From: Klebsormidium nitens
Taxonomy: Eukaryota > Plantae > Klebsormidiophyceae
Direction: 5' to 3'
DNA length: 64,000 nucleotides
NCBI GenBank assembly: GCA_000708835.1
Contig: DF237264.1
Coordinates: forward strand, 40,841 to 104,840
Shown here: in pieces, positions 37,846 to 50,509 of the stretch
Numbering within the stretch: the stretch's first letter is position 1
How the letters are laid out: each line of letters begins with the position of its first letter
Translations under genes and position numbers: made by a program
Notes under the pieces: generated by a model
Database searches by the model: none
What the model saw: the letters and a program-made list of their open reading frames with translations, nothing else
What the model was told of the DNA's origin: nothing

Positions 37846-40800
37846 CTACCACTGCCCGCCGGTCTTGTCCCACTCCCGGCGGAACCCCTCAAACGCGTCT
37901 TTCACAATCCCCGACACTCCCCGGGCGAGTTTCCCGGGCGTTATTTCTTCCGCCGTGCAGACGAGTTCGTGCCGAATCTCCTCCAAAGCGACCGGGAGAA
38001 CGTCGCCGATGTGCTGCCAGACAGGGGACGGCTCGCCGTCGAAGAAAAGGTCCGCGAACCCCACGACGGCGTGCGAAAGCTCCGACTCTAGTTCCTGGGC
38101 CCAGCTAGTCTTGAAAGGGGACCTGGGACAGAAAAAGTAGCAGGCCGTTAGGAAAGTGGAGAATGTGTTGTTATATCTGCAGTCTTGTGGTTCATGTTGT
38201 AACTGGCTGGTTAATTTCAGAGTCCTTCTGGTTAAGAGCTTTCTTTTCTCAGTCCAAAACCTCAGTTCTATGCGGTGAAGTCCAAATCTTCTTCGAAGGA
38301 GAGCTCCCACCTCTCCAACCACTTTCCCTCTCACAGGGTATACAAACAACGCTTCAGAAGTTTCTGATTGAGCGTTTACTCCCTGCCCTAGTAGTTGACG
38401 TAGAAGCTGCTTTTACTTCAGTTCTGGACGGGCTTCACTGCCTGCCCGGATGATATCAGCGCAACAAGGCTGCTATCTGCCTGCGGCTCGCTTGTCAGCT
38501 TTATCCGCTCAAAATTGGAGACACAAGAGCTCACAAGATGGTTTCTTGTCAAGGTTCGGAAATTGTCTTTTCAGACGGCGGCCGGAGGTAACGAACCTGT
38601 GCAGAGGGGCGGGGCCGCGTGGCGAAAACACTGGCGAGGTTTGGGGGTTGGCGGGCGGGTCGAGCGCGTCGGCCACAAAACCTGCGCATCCAAAAAATGG
38701 CGCTTAGAACAATATCCAACAACATACAGTTCGACGGAATCTGCAGGGTACACCTTTGCAACCGAATCTTCACGAGAACCAGAAGGAATACGCACAGCTG
38801 GCAGTCGAATCAAACATTCTCAAGTAGACGGCGCCAAGTGTTCTTGCGAGTTCATCTCTGTCCTTATTTGTTTGCCTTCGTTGTCTAGATTCTCGAGCAA
38901 GTTTTCCCGACCAGGAAGGCTGATGTCAGCTGGTTTGCTCACCGCAGAACGACTGGATGACGTCACTTTTGCCGTCCAGGATCCCGGACTCGCGCCACCA
39001 GCGGCCGCCGTCCCAAGCTGACGCCCAGTCCTGGCTAACATCGTCGCGGGTTTTTTCTTCTTTCTGTAGAGTAAGAATGTCAACAATTCAGTCACGGCTC
39101 CCTATCCTTCTGGTTAACATCGTCGCGGGTTTCTTCTTCTTTCTGCGTCGCCTGCAGTTCAGCAGTCCAACAAATCAATCATGATATCCTACCCCTCGTA
39201 ATTGTGGCTCCGGAGCGGAGTCCGGGATGAAGTCCGTTAGGAGTGTCTTTAAGATACTTGAAGAATGGAATCTTTTTCTCTCAGCGTAACTCCATTCTGA
39301 GCTCACAAGTCCAATAGGCTCCTTCCGATAGTCGCACAACAGTGGACTGGGGTCAAGTCTGGGATTCGAGGAGGTACGGAGCAGTGAGCTTCTCAGCTCA
39401 AGAAACAAACAGAGACTTCTATCAACATTTGAACCCAATTATAGCCCGTCAAGTAATTACTCAACTAAACATTGCTACAAAGTAGGTGGACAAATGGTTT
39501 CAAAAGCAGCATGCAACGGTTAAGGTCCTTGCATCGAATGTTAGGCAGTGTCAGTAAAGGGTGCCGCTTCTGACCTGGAAAGAGGGAGCCTGGACGTAGC
39601 TGACGTCATCATGACGATGCCGGGCGACCTTGTCGAAGTGCTGCTCGGCCCTGGTGAGCGCATCGTTCAGGATGGCAACCTGCGCGAAATGGTTCTTCTC
39701 TCAGTCCATCGGATTCCTTAGTCAGTCGAAAGGTTTCCTGTCTTCATTAGCGGGTATGACTTAATCTACTCCCCTAAGCAACCAAGGAAGAAAGAAAGAA
39801 AGGGTTTGCGTGGCTCCCTTTAGCTTCTGATGGGCTGAAAAAGGATAGTAGCAGGTGACAGAAAGTGAGGGATGCGGCTGCCCCTAGCTGCAAGAAAACT
39901 GTCGATCGAGGGATCATAATGTTGTCACGATCATGAGGGATCACATAGATCGACCTGCAAATCTATAGATTAGTTGGTGCAGTATCGAGACACCTGACTT
40001 TGAAAGCAGGCAGAGATTGGCAGTTTCCTTTTTACAGCATTTGAGGCACAAGTCTGCACTTGCTCCAATATTAAGTTCCGTCATTCCCCGTAGTCCGTCT
40101 ACTTTGTATTCTCGGCCTGTTTTCACCCATGTCTCCAAACCATTACTCTTAAGCGCCGTTCGTAATCTTACTTCCCTTGCAGCCAGCGTCAGCTTCTCCG
40201 AGCACCCGTACATCGACTCGTTCTCTTCCCAGAGCTAGAGTTGGTTACTGTTTGGGTTACTAAACCCACCTGGTCGCTCAGCTAAAGTTGGGTTTGTTTT
40301 TGTGGTACTCAGCCCACCTGATCGCTCAGCTAAAGATGAAGTAAGGGTTACTAAACCCACCTGGTCACTCAGTTCATCCTGGCGCTCGTACGCGGTTTTC
40401 AGGAGAACCTCCAGTGTGTCGCGCTCGTCGCGCGCTTTCTTCTCGGCTTCCTCCAGCTGCAAAGGTTAACGCTTATCTTTCAGTCTCAGCTTTCTTTGGA
40501 CCCCGAAATCGGCTTGACTTCCAGATCTTAACAAGGCAAGGATTAACAACCGTTCAGTCCTTTTTGAGCATAATCCTGGCTACCCCAGATTTACCGAAAG
40601 GAGGAGACATGCCAAACACTCAAACCAGAGTGATTCCATTGTCAGTTCAAAAACGTCATGTCACAGGGTTAGAGTAACAACGTCCAAAATTTTAACCTGG
40701 GAGATTCCGTTCCAGAAGCCCTAGCTAACCCGATTCTAACAAGTCATCAAACCAGAGAGGTCACTCCTAGTACACAAAAACGGTTATGATAACCCACCTG

Positions 40801-43800
40801 GGAGATCTTGTGCCGGGCCGCCCGCAAGCGATCACTGAGGAACGCGATGTGCCGATCCTGCAGAGCGATGCGCCGCTTCTGGCCGGCCGATACTTCCGCA
40901 GAGTCTTCTTCCTCTTCGTCCTGCAAAAAGTACAAGCTCGACATCATTGACAACGGTCGAAGTACTTTTGTCAAGCAACCAAATCTGAGATTTTGATTCT
41001 GACAATTTTTTTTCCGTTAAACGAAGTCCTACTAGGCACCACTTAAAGTGGTACTGTTGCAGCCGTGATCGGTGTCGCTTACGAAGGCGAGAAGTTGCTT
41101 TGGATTCGACAATACAGTAGGTACAACCTCGGGATCAACTTGCAAAAGAAGAGTCTCTTGAGATGCGTGACGTCGTGAACACGTCACTCACCTCGCTTTC
41201 CAAATCATCTGAAGTGTCATAGACCAGGTCCGGCACGTCGTCGCAGACCTTATCACTTTCCGGCTCCGCTGCCGCTTCCGCTTCCGCTTCCGCTTCCGTT
41301 CCGCCCTCCCTTTCCTGGTCGTCCCACGTGTCGTAAATCAGGTCAGGCATGTCGGGGTCCGTTTCCGGCCCTTCCGCTTCCGTTCCGACCTCACTCTCCT
41401 CGTCCTCGTTTTCCCCACTTCCTTCTTCGCTTTCCGCCTCGCTCTCGTTCTCGCTTTCCGCCTCGCTTTCCGCCTCGCTCTCGTTTACATTCCCTTCCTC
41501 CTCTTCTTGATCCTCGTAATCCAGAAGTTCCTCGCTCGCCGCCTCACTTTCTTCCTCGCTCTCTTTCTCATTTGCCACCTTGCTCTCGTATCGAATTCGA
41601 TACTCTTGCTCGCTCTTTGTCTCATTTTCCTCCTCGTAATCGAGCAGTTCTTCGCTCTCCGCCTCACTTTCCTCCTCACTCTCGTTCTCGCTGTCCTCCC
41701 CGCTCTCGTTTTCTTCCTCCTCGCTCTCGTCACCACTTTCCTCACCGCTCTCGTTTTCTTCCTCCTCGCTCTCATCCTCCGTTTCCTTCCCGCTCTCGTT
41801 CTCGCTTTCGTCGCCGCTCTCATTCTCCCCTTCCCCTTCTTCCCACCCGGCCACTTCCAGATTCCAACCAGCCATGGCATCCGGGATTGGACCCCACCCG
41901 GTTGGCTGCAGCTCGCCACCCCCGCTCTCGTTCTCCGTTTCCTCCCCGCTCTCGTTCTCCGCTTCCCCTTCTTCCCCCCCTTCCCACACCGCCACTTCCA
42001 GATTCCCACCAGCCATGGCATCCGGGATTGGACTCCATCCCGTTGGCTGCATCTCGTTACCCGAAACCCACCCGGTTGGTTCAACCTCCTCTTCCAAACC
42101 CAACCTGGCTACCTTAACCTCCTCCCCCAGACCCGAGCCGTTTGGCGGGAGATCTTCATCCTTCGCTTCTTCGCTCCGGGTTCCTTCGTCAGCCCCGGTT
42201 TCTATCTCCTCAGCCCCAGTTAGCTGAGAGCTTTCAACCGGGTACGCACCGACCGGAAGCGGTCCCCAACCGGTCTGCTCGACGACGACGGGGAAGCTCT
42301 GAACCGGCTCAACCTTCACTTTCCGCTCCAAGCCGTGGGCTTCCGTTTCCGCCTCTGCGGAATCCATTCCGATCGGGGCGAGTCCTCCCACAGCGCCTTC
42401 ACACTCCGTGGCGACAGCCGTAGCCCCGGACGTTCCGGTTGGCTCGTCCACCAGTTCCGGTTCCGCTTCCGTTTCAGCGGAATCCATTCCGGACTGCGTC
42501 TCCCTCTTCGTAGCGCTCGCTTGTTCTCGGGAGAGTCTCATTATGTAGTATCGCTTAAGAAATTCCTTGAAGCTCTCTAAATCTTGTGGGATGACGCCAA
42601 CAGTGGCGCTCTCCTCTTCCGGAAGCGGAACGGCTGCGACCGGAACCAGCCCCTGCGCGTCGCCGTTTGTGCTCTCCAGCATCCGACCGGAAGGATTGCC
42701 AGCTTCCTTCGTCTGAACCTCCAATTCTTCTGTTTCCGGCATCTCCCCTTTTCCTTCTGCCAGGTCATTGTTCTCAGCCCCAGAGATAACGTCGCCCTCC
42801 ACCAACGTCACTTCTCCAGGCAGCGAACCCTCGGTTGACACCACGAGCTGCTCGCAAGCCGCTTCCTCCGTCTCCCCCTCAGGGTTGGTGTCAAGCTCGC
42901 CGTCACCAGCAGCGACCAGTAGAACTGACACAGGGGTTACGATCGCCTCTTCCTCCGTGTCGTTTGCGGGTTTGGTGTCAATAGCGGAAAAGGTGAGCGG
43001 GGGAGGCACCGGAACGGAATCCGCGCCGGGTGGGAATTTGGTGGGACGCAGTTCGCCTTCCGGGGAGAGCTCCAGCGGGTCGACATCAGAGAGGGCGTCC
43101 CAACTAGAGGAGGGGCTCGCTGGCGGGTCCTGAAAGGGTTAACGAGAGTGGTTAACATTATTGTTTTGAGACTCAAGGCCCTGAAACCAACTTTGCAACA
43201 GTATCCTAGAAAGGGAACACAAACGGACGCTCGCACCTCAAGCTGTTTAAACATATCAGATGGCGTAGTGCATGGTACTTGCGAGTACGTCCTGAAAAGA
43301 ACAAACGGAGGGGTTATGGTTCGTTATTAATCGACGGTTGCGACTAGTATCAGAAAGCTTGACGTTGTCAGCCCACGTTTCTGGACGTTAAAACGAAACG
43401 CTGAAAGTTTTTCTTCCAGGACTCGCAGGCGCACTGTAATAACAAAGTTAAATGGCTTTGTAGTCCAAGGTTTGTAGATGTAGAAAAGTTTGCGTTATGT
43501 AGTGGAGCCTGCGAGCTTGTACAGTGGCAAAGGAGTGAGAACACCAATACAAAGAACGCAGTAACCTACATAATCCAGATCCAGCGGCACTCAGGGGAAA
43601 GCTAGAAAGGGAAGTTGCAGAATTCACAGCCGTGTTAAGTTTTTTTTCAAACAATCTCCCCCAGTACGAAAAACTACAAAAACCCCTGAAGAGAGTGAGA
43701 CGGCGCCTTCTGTAATTCCGAAGCCAAAAGCGATTGCCAACACCTGTTTCTTCCTCTCAGCAAGCAGAAACCCGAGCAGCAAAAAGTTTGTCCAGGAGGA

Positions 43801-45635
43801 TTACCAGCCGTCATGGTACAAGGAAAAGGGATTCAAAGAATAGAAGCTAAGGGTCCTGGTACTATGGAACCAAAGTTTCGAAGACGGGAAGCGCTAACAG
43901 CTGGCCGCAGACTTTAATGTAGGTGAGCGGCTCTCGAGAAAATGGGTTTCGGTAGAGTTATAAGACCGTGGTACGTACCGAGATGTAGCCTTCGTCGCTG
44001 CTGCCGCACCACACCTCCACCTTCAGGCGGTTGCTGACGTCCTCGGACGTCATCGCCTTGCGGATCGCCTGCAGGGTCAAAACTTGGGTTTTGAAGCTTG
44101 GGTTGAAAGCAAAGTTTTATGAGAAGGGAGTGAAAGTACCCGTAGAAAGAACGTAATGGTTTGTTGAGGACTAAGAAACGGAAGGTCTGAGCAGCAGTCC
44201 TGAGATTTCGTACCAAGAAAAGTGTAGAATACACGGACTTGAAATTCAAGAAACGGAAGGTCTGATCTGCAGTCTGGAAAGTTCGTAGGGAAAACAAGAT
44301 CGAGAAGAAATTCTGGACTTCAAAAATTGGAAAGTGGCTTTGTTCAAGCCGAATAAAGCTGAAACGACGATGTGGGTCTAAGAGAGCAAAACGGGGTGTT
44401 AAAACAGTTACGTGAGATAGATCCGCCAGCATCAGTGTTACAGAACAGAAAAACAGTGGAAGAAGTGGGCTTACAATATTGGGAGGGTGACAAAAGCCGC
44501 GCTACTTTGTCAAAGAGCCTCAACCACGAACACAAAAGTTCGTGGACACAAAGATGGACGACAAAGAGGGAAATAGAGGTTGCACTTAGAAGGCTAGGTT
44601 TTAAATCTGGAAATGCCCCAACTTTACCACTTCTTGGAAGTAAGTGCAACCTGGCAAGCCTTTGCATCTGAAAGCCACTTGTCTGATAAGGAGCCCTGGA
44701 ATGATACTGAGAATGTCAGATGCATGTCAGTAAGATTGTGAACAAACACCATCTTTGACTAGGTGGGACCCCCCTCCTTGCGTACTAAGCAGAGTTGAAC
44801 AAACTCACCCTAGAGCATCACGAACTGGAAATTACATGGATCAGCAGTGGCCCATCTAAAAGTATTGCCATGCAAACTACAGTCTTTCTGAAACTTTGAA
44901 CATCTGACTGAAGAAGCGACGCGCCTATCATGCAGACCACAACTTCACTGTTGACCAACAACTATTGAAGCGCAAGTTTAAGGTAATGGTTCTAATGAGT
45001 TTGATAGGGCTGAGAAAAATTGAAAAATCCAGCTAGAAGTGTCGATTTCTCCAGGACGTTTGCTTTGAGTTAGATAATCAGAACAGAAGCGAGCTTAGCT
45101 GATGATTGAGAGAGAGTCCACTGCGATCTTTGAAATCCGAATATTGCATGCCCCAAAAACTTCAGGATATCAACGAAAGTAAAGCAAGTCCTATACCATG
45201 CAAGGACCGGATTACTATGAAACCCTGACATGATTAGAAACTGCAGTGCATAGCTTCAAGTGGCACTGCTGAAAGAAAGCCAATCTTCCCGGAGTCTACA
45301 TGAACAAGACCGGAATACTCTATCATGTAAGAAGAGAGTGAGTGAACCTTGGATTACCAGAACAACAATACATGTGTTGGCATCAGAGCAACTTGTGAGC
45401 ATCTCCTCTAGTCAGCTCATCTGACAGATCCCTTAGCCAGAAAGTTTCTAATCAGCAAGATAATCCTCACCTCCTTCAAAGTTAGCTGGTAGTCCTCATG
45501 CTCTTCCGCCCCCTCCTCCGCTTCTGAGGTCACCGCTTGCACGTCTGACGTCACAGGGTCGGCTTTCTCCTCAGGCGCCGCGCCGCCGCTGACCTGCCGC
45601 CGCTGCCACGTCCCTGCTGGCCACCACGTCACCAT
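37846..45635 (-). CDS. Uncharacterised ~983-aa Glu-rich low-complexity protein with C-terminal coiled coil. Exons 45635-45471, 44068-43979, 43129-41192, 40920-40798, 40456-40361, 39679-39590, 39030-38943, 38681-38597, 38122-37846
   Basis: A 646-codon acidic exon, heptad-like exons (LEEAEKKARDERDTLEVLLKTAYERQDELSDQ|VAILNDALTRAEQHF) and phase-compatible junctions, with one GC donor at 39590. The start codon is uncertain and no family is recognised. Confidence 0.7.
44174..44290. repeat. Intronic direct repeat, two copies ~74 bp apart
   Basis: AAGAAACGGAAGGTCTGA-CAG/TGCAGTC occurs at ~44174 and ~44248. Confidence 0.7.
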
Positions 45636-47294
45636 GATGTGGTTCCCTAGATTCGCGGAGAGCTGGGGAGATTTGGGAAGAGCGCTGAACTTTCCGCCGG
45701 CAGTGCGAGAAGGCGCGACAGAAGGGATAGCCTTCTTTTGAGTGAAAGAGCTGGGATGCTGAGCTCGGGAGACTCACAGAGCACCACCAAAACGCGCCTT
45801 GCTAAATGACTTGCTTGGAAAACTACGAATGAGAAGGCAAATTGTGGTTTGGAACGTTCACATTCAGCTGTTTAACACAGGTTTCAATTGCTGTCTTGGG
45901 CAAGGGCGCAAAGCTGAAAGTCAGTGTCAACAAATGCCCATGTCAAGGTGCACACGTGCTCACGTGCGCGTGGGCGACTCTCCGCTGAGTCAGCTTCGCT
46001 CTTCCAAACAGCTGAGCTCGCTAAGTTCAGCCCTGAAGTCGAAGCGCTGGCACCGTCGCGCACCGGTACTCGGGTAGCTTGCGCTTGGCGCACGCGGCCG
46101 GCTAATTTGGCTCAGTCGCGCGAGGGTTATGTGGTTTTGTGCCATCTTTTGGAATCACTTGAACACCGTCCGATTCAAACCCGGCGACGCGCAACACCCG
46201 TCCGATTCATCGATTTGTCGGAGGGCTGCGTATCAGGCGACGGTTTTAGCCCCCGGGTGAAAACAAACCGGGCGTGCTCCGAGCACCCGTCTAACATTGT
46301 ATTTTCATCGTTGATAAATACAAGGCAATCTAAAAGCTGGACCTTAAATACCTGGCCCCCGTAGAATAGCAGCTACAGTAACAAAATAATTCTGCAGGAT
46401 GTGTCGACAGCCTCATGCGCGAGGTTTCTTGTACAGGTATGCCAATTCAATAACTATCGCGATCTGCCCCGACCTGGGATTTCCAAGAGCAGCTCCCAGT
46501 TGATCTGTCGTGTTGCACAGCGCTGCAAGGATTCAAAGAGCCGCGCATTGCAGCTCACTCGCTGAAAGCGTGACACCTGGCAGGTCCTTGGAGGTATGTA
46601 AGCGCGGCCTGCAGAAGGCTAGGTGAGCTCATATATTCTGCCAGTACTCGCTTTAGGATCTGTATGCGGCCTGACTCTGGCTTCAATGTTGCTGTGCCTG
46701 AATCTATCCTGCGACCTTGCATCTTCTGGGTCGAGGCAGTAGCGCCGCTAGTAGTGAAATACTAGCTGACCCTTTCTACAAGAGGTCGAGTGCGGCATTG
46801 AATGCAACGAGGCGCTCAAAAGTTGCAAGTTGCGGCATAACGAAAATGTTCAGCCTGCAGGCAATATTGCAGGCGCAATACCACTAGTATTGCCTTCTTC
46901 AGAGAACCTGACTCGAAGGGCAGCGTTGTTGAACAACCAACTTTATCGCAGAACATGAAAGGGATCACCCAGTGGTACTTTAGCTTCTCGGACATATAGT
47001 GCCCGCAGTGCACCACAGCCCTCACGTGAGAGGCCGCCAGATCAGATTTGGGGGAGTCAGAAAGCTCTGTGTGTCTAAAAGACATCGGATCTTGTATACG
47101 TCTGGACAATGGTCTTGGGGGCCCGGTTCCTTAAAATTGACAGCAAACATATAGTCCCTGCCAGCTAACACCAATTCCCCCTGGTGAAATACTGAGAAAC
47201 TTTATAGCGCTTTGCGGCAGCATTGCAGACACGTGATTGCAAGGATAAATTTGATCGACATCAACTGCTTCAACATTGTGACGCCCTCTTCAAG

Positions 47295-50200
47295 GGCTGG
47301 ATGGGCTTGGCATTGGGCGGTTTGCTTTACTAGAGAAGCGCATAGCCGTTTTGAAAAGTGCTGTTCCACGGCAAGCTGCGGGGGCCAGACCGCGCCGGGG
47401 GGCAGAATTTGCGATTGGGGGCGCGATGACTCCCTTCAGAACTGTCGTCCTGTTCTGCGTGTTGAGTCTCATTGACATGGTGAGTGGACCCACCGACGTG
47501 CACAGGAAATAAGACATGAGTCTGAGTGAATTGCTGCTGTAACGTACTGAGCGCCTGACACGTTTCATAATGATGGATGCTCAGGGTCACCTTGAGCAGC
47601 AGCATGAGCGACTCCAGTTGCATTCGTAGTTTTCGTTTCTTTTCTTTCGCCTGGTCTGTTCTGTTCATCACAAATCATCTGGTCGATTCAAAACCGTTGC
47701 GTGCCCACCATATCAGCTTGGGGAAATGAAAGCAGGCAAAAATGGAGATGCAATCAGTTTTCCTGCTTAAAGTGTAGCCTAAGAAGGATCTGAGACCAGC
47801 TGTTTGCCAAAAATGGCACAGTTGGAGAGGGCTCGAGCACCGTCTTAGTCTCGCGACAGCCCTTCCCGCTGCGCAGCTCACAACATGATTATAAAGTCGC
47901 TATCACCGGTTTTGGGCTCTTAATCTCCGACGTATCTCCATTCCGCAGGTCGCAATAGTGGGCGTGCTCTGCTACCAGGTCGCCTTTCAGCAGTACTTCG
48001 CATGGCACTTGTATCCGCTGATGCTGAACCGTGCGGTCGAGCTCATGTCGTTCATCTGCTCTACTGGGCTGCTCCCAGCGTCGGTGAGAGACCCGATTCA
48101 AAAAATTCAAGTCCATTCCCATCATGGTGGGCGTGAGAATGAAGAAATCTGGAGTTGCTCAGCCACGTTGATAAAAACCCTTCAGGTTTCTTGCAGGCGC
48201 AACGAGCGTAAGCTCCTCAGTTATTGCAAACTGCATGGCTCATCAGCACCTTTGAGGCAGCTTAGACGGGTCACTCGACTGGTGGTTGAACTGTCGGTCG
48301 ACAAGCATGCAGTTCTGTAACAATTAGAAAGTACGCGCGCATCGTCCAGAGCGCTCTCTTGCGGACAAGTGGCGGCGCCTGAGGCTCCGCGGTTTACAAG
48401 TGTCCTCCAACAGGGGGCCGGTCTACTTTCCGCGTCACAAACCGTGAGGCAGTCATCAGGGCTGTAAGGGGAAGCAGCTCAAAAGTATTCAGACTTATGC
48501 TGACTGATATTACCGCCCTCACGTCTCCTTGCAGTACTCCCTTTTGCAAGTGCCGCTCTCAGTGACGTCAATCGCGCTCTACATGACGAGCCAGCCGTAC
48601 GAGACCGCCTCCTGCGTTGCGCCCTTTGCGATGTACGCGGTTCTTATCTCGTATCAGGTAAGGCCCATCTCGTATCCTGAGTGGCCGGACCTTCCGTGCA
48701 ATAAAAGTGCATTTAGTAGCGCTTCTGATTGAAAGTGGTTTCCACAAACAGAGGAAGCTACGGACGACGTTCCGCAGCACGGAGAGGTCAAGGACTCAAA
48801 GCGATTATTGGACCAGAAACGCAAGCAAAGTCCTTATTCGTTCCACGCTAAACGGGCCGGAATGGAAGCAATAGGATGTGCGAGAGAGGGCGCGTAGAAT
48901 GATTCTCTGGCAAAAGGGAATATGCGAACTTATCGCCGCTGCCAAGAGTCCCTTCGAAAAGAGAGGTCGAGTCGACCTGCTGATCGAAGCGCCTCTGGAT
49001 CTTTGAGAGGGACGCCAAGGCACGTTGCCGTTACGCCCCTTTCAAGCCGCTTCGGATCCCCTAGCAGCATCCGTTAATGGATGAAAGCGTACTCACTTTT
49101 GTGTTAGCGTCAAAATCCAGGTTTCAAAAGTGGGCGAAGCTGGAAACTGACCTGGCCAATTTTTGTACTCTGCCAGTTTTTCGTGGCCCTCCTCCTGGTC
49201 AAGTCTCGGCGGGACTGCGTTTCGGAGCGACAGAACATGGAGCGCGTACGGTCGGTGGTCGCCGCGAGAAGAGCGGAACTGGAGGCAAGCGCGGCAGAGC
49301 AGCGGCGACAGGTGAGCGGGCATACAGAGACACGTGTTTTACGGGCAGGACCGGCCACGACAGGCAGTAAATGCGGAAGCGGCTTCGTTGAAAACCTCGC
49401 CGGTCTCTCTGGCGCACGCGTTTGAAGATCGTTTTGTAAACGGATGAGGGCTCTCCAAAGGGGCCTTAGAGTACTGTGACATATCTTCGGAAAGGAGAGA
49501 ATCGTCAGGGCAATTGGGGGCGGTTAGGATGCGCGGTGACCGGGGATCTACGAGGTTAATGAAAAGTAGGTCCTCTAAAACAGTGTGCAGCAAGCGGCCA
49601 GGTTACGGAAAGTTGTTCTTTCTCCTGTTCGCCATCTCACACGCCAGATTTGACTCATCTCTCAAATTTCTGTCGCTTAAGGGGCTTATGATTTGATCTG
49701 CAGGAGATCAACAAGGTCAGGGACGTGTACGTGGCGGTCGAGATGCCGAATGGAGAGGTGGTGAGTCCTCAGACCTCCCTTAAGTGCACAAAACGGAAAC
49801 ACCTTTTGAAAACCAAAAGCTCTGTAAGCTCACAGTATAAAACGTGAGTTGCTCGCAATATACTGAGCGGAACAATTTATGCTTGGGTGCACTCCTGTCT
49901 CAATATCAGAAAGTACTCTGCATCGAGTCAGACAGTCAATGATGGAAACCGGATACGCCTACTGCTTCTGGAGAAAGGTGCGGCGTCATCTGCCGCACCT
50001 TTTGAGGCGCTCTGCGATGGATCTGCCAGTATCTTCACGCGCTCCTATAAAATCACACCGGAAAGAACGTACTTACCATTCCTTTGACAATGGCGCGAAC
50101 ACCAGGCTTTGTTACCGGGCTGACGGGACATTCACTCACATGAGAAAATGCTGACCCTAAAATCGCCCACGTTGCACAGAACGCCATGGTTGCCCGGTTA

Positions 50201-50509
50201 TGCCGAGCGCCTCCGCTCGAGGTGCCCAACTCTGCCGGGGACATTCCCCCGGCTCACCAGGAGCAGCCGACTCCCAAACCCGATCCCAGTATGGAAGCGG
50301 AGATCCAGCCTTTGGGTCGAGAAGGGATGCTTCGGAGCGGGGAAGAAGTGACCGGGGGACGGTTAGTTCTAGACCGGGTGGTTAGTGTGTTAGCGCGGGA
50401 AGGGGGGGACGAGTCCCCGGTTGAAGGGAACCGGGGGGAGAATGTTGCGAATGGGCAAGGGTTGAGGAGGGAGGCAGCTTTGGACGGTGGATCTGAAACG
50501 CCTCGGTAG
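47295..50509 (+). CDS. Uncharacterised ~4-TM membrane protein with a short coiled coil, 5' end unresolved. Exons 47295-47479, 47949-48083, 48535-48657, 49177-49311, 49704-49760, 50180-50509
   Basis: Canonical AG/GT boundaries with phase-0 joins. Hydrophobic segments VVLFCVLSLIDM|VAIVGVLC, YSLLQVPLSVTSIALY and VAPFAMYAVLISYQ|FFVALLLV. The first exon may lie near 46398-46435. Confidence 0.65.

Noticed and set aside
41485-42223. Overlapping Arg-rich and Leu/Phe-rich ORFs
   Set aside because: Alternative-frame or antisense shadows of the Glu-rich exon.
47290-47568. Minus-strand ORF resembling a transit peptide (MSMRLNTQ...)
   Set aside because: It is antisense to a plus-strand exon with proper AG/GT ends that splices in phase into the membrane-protein gene.
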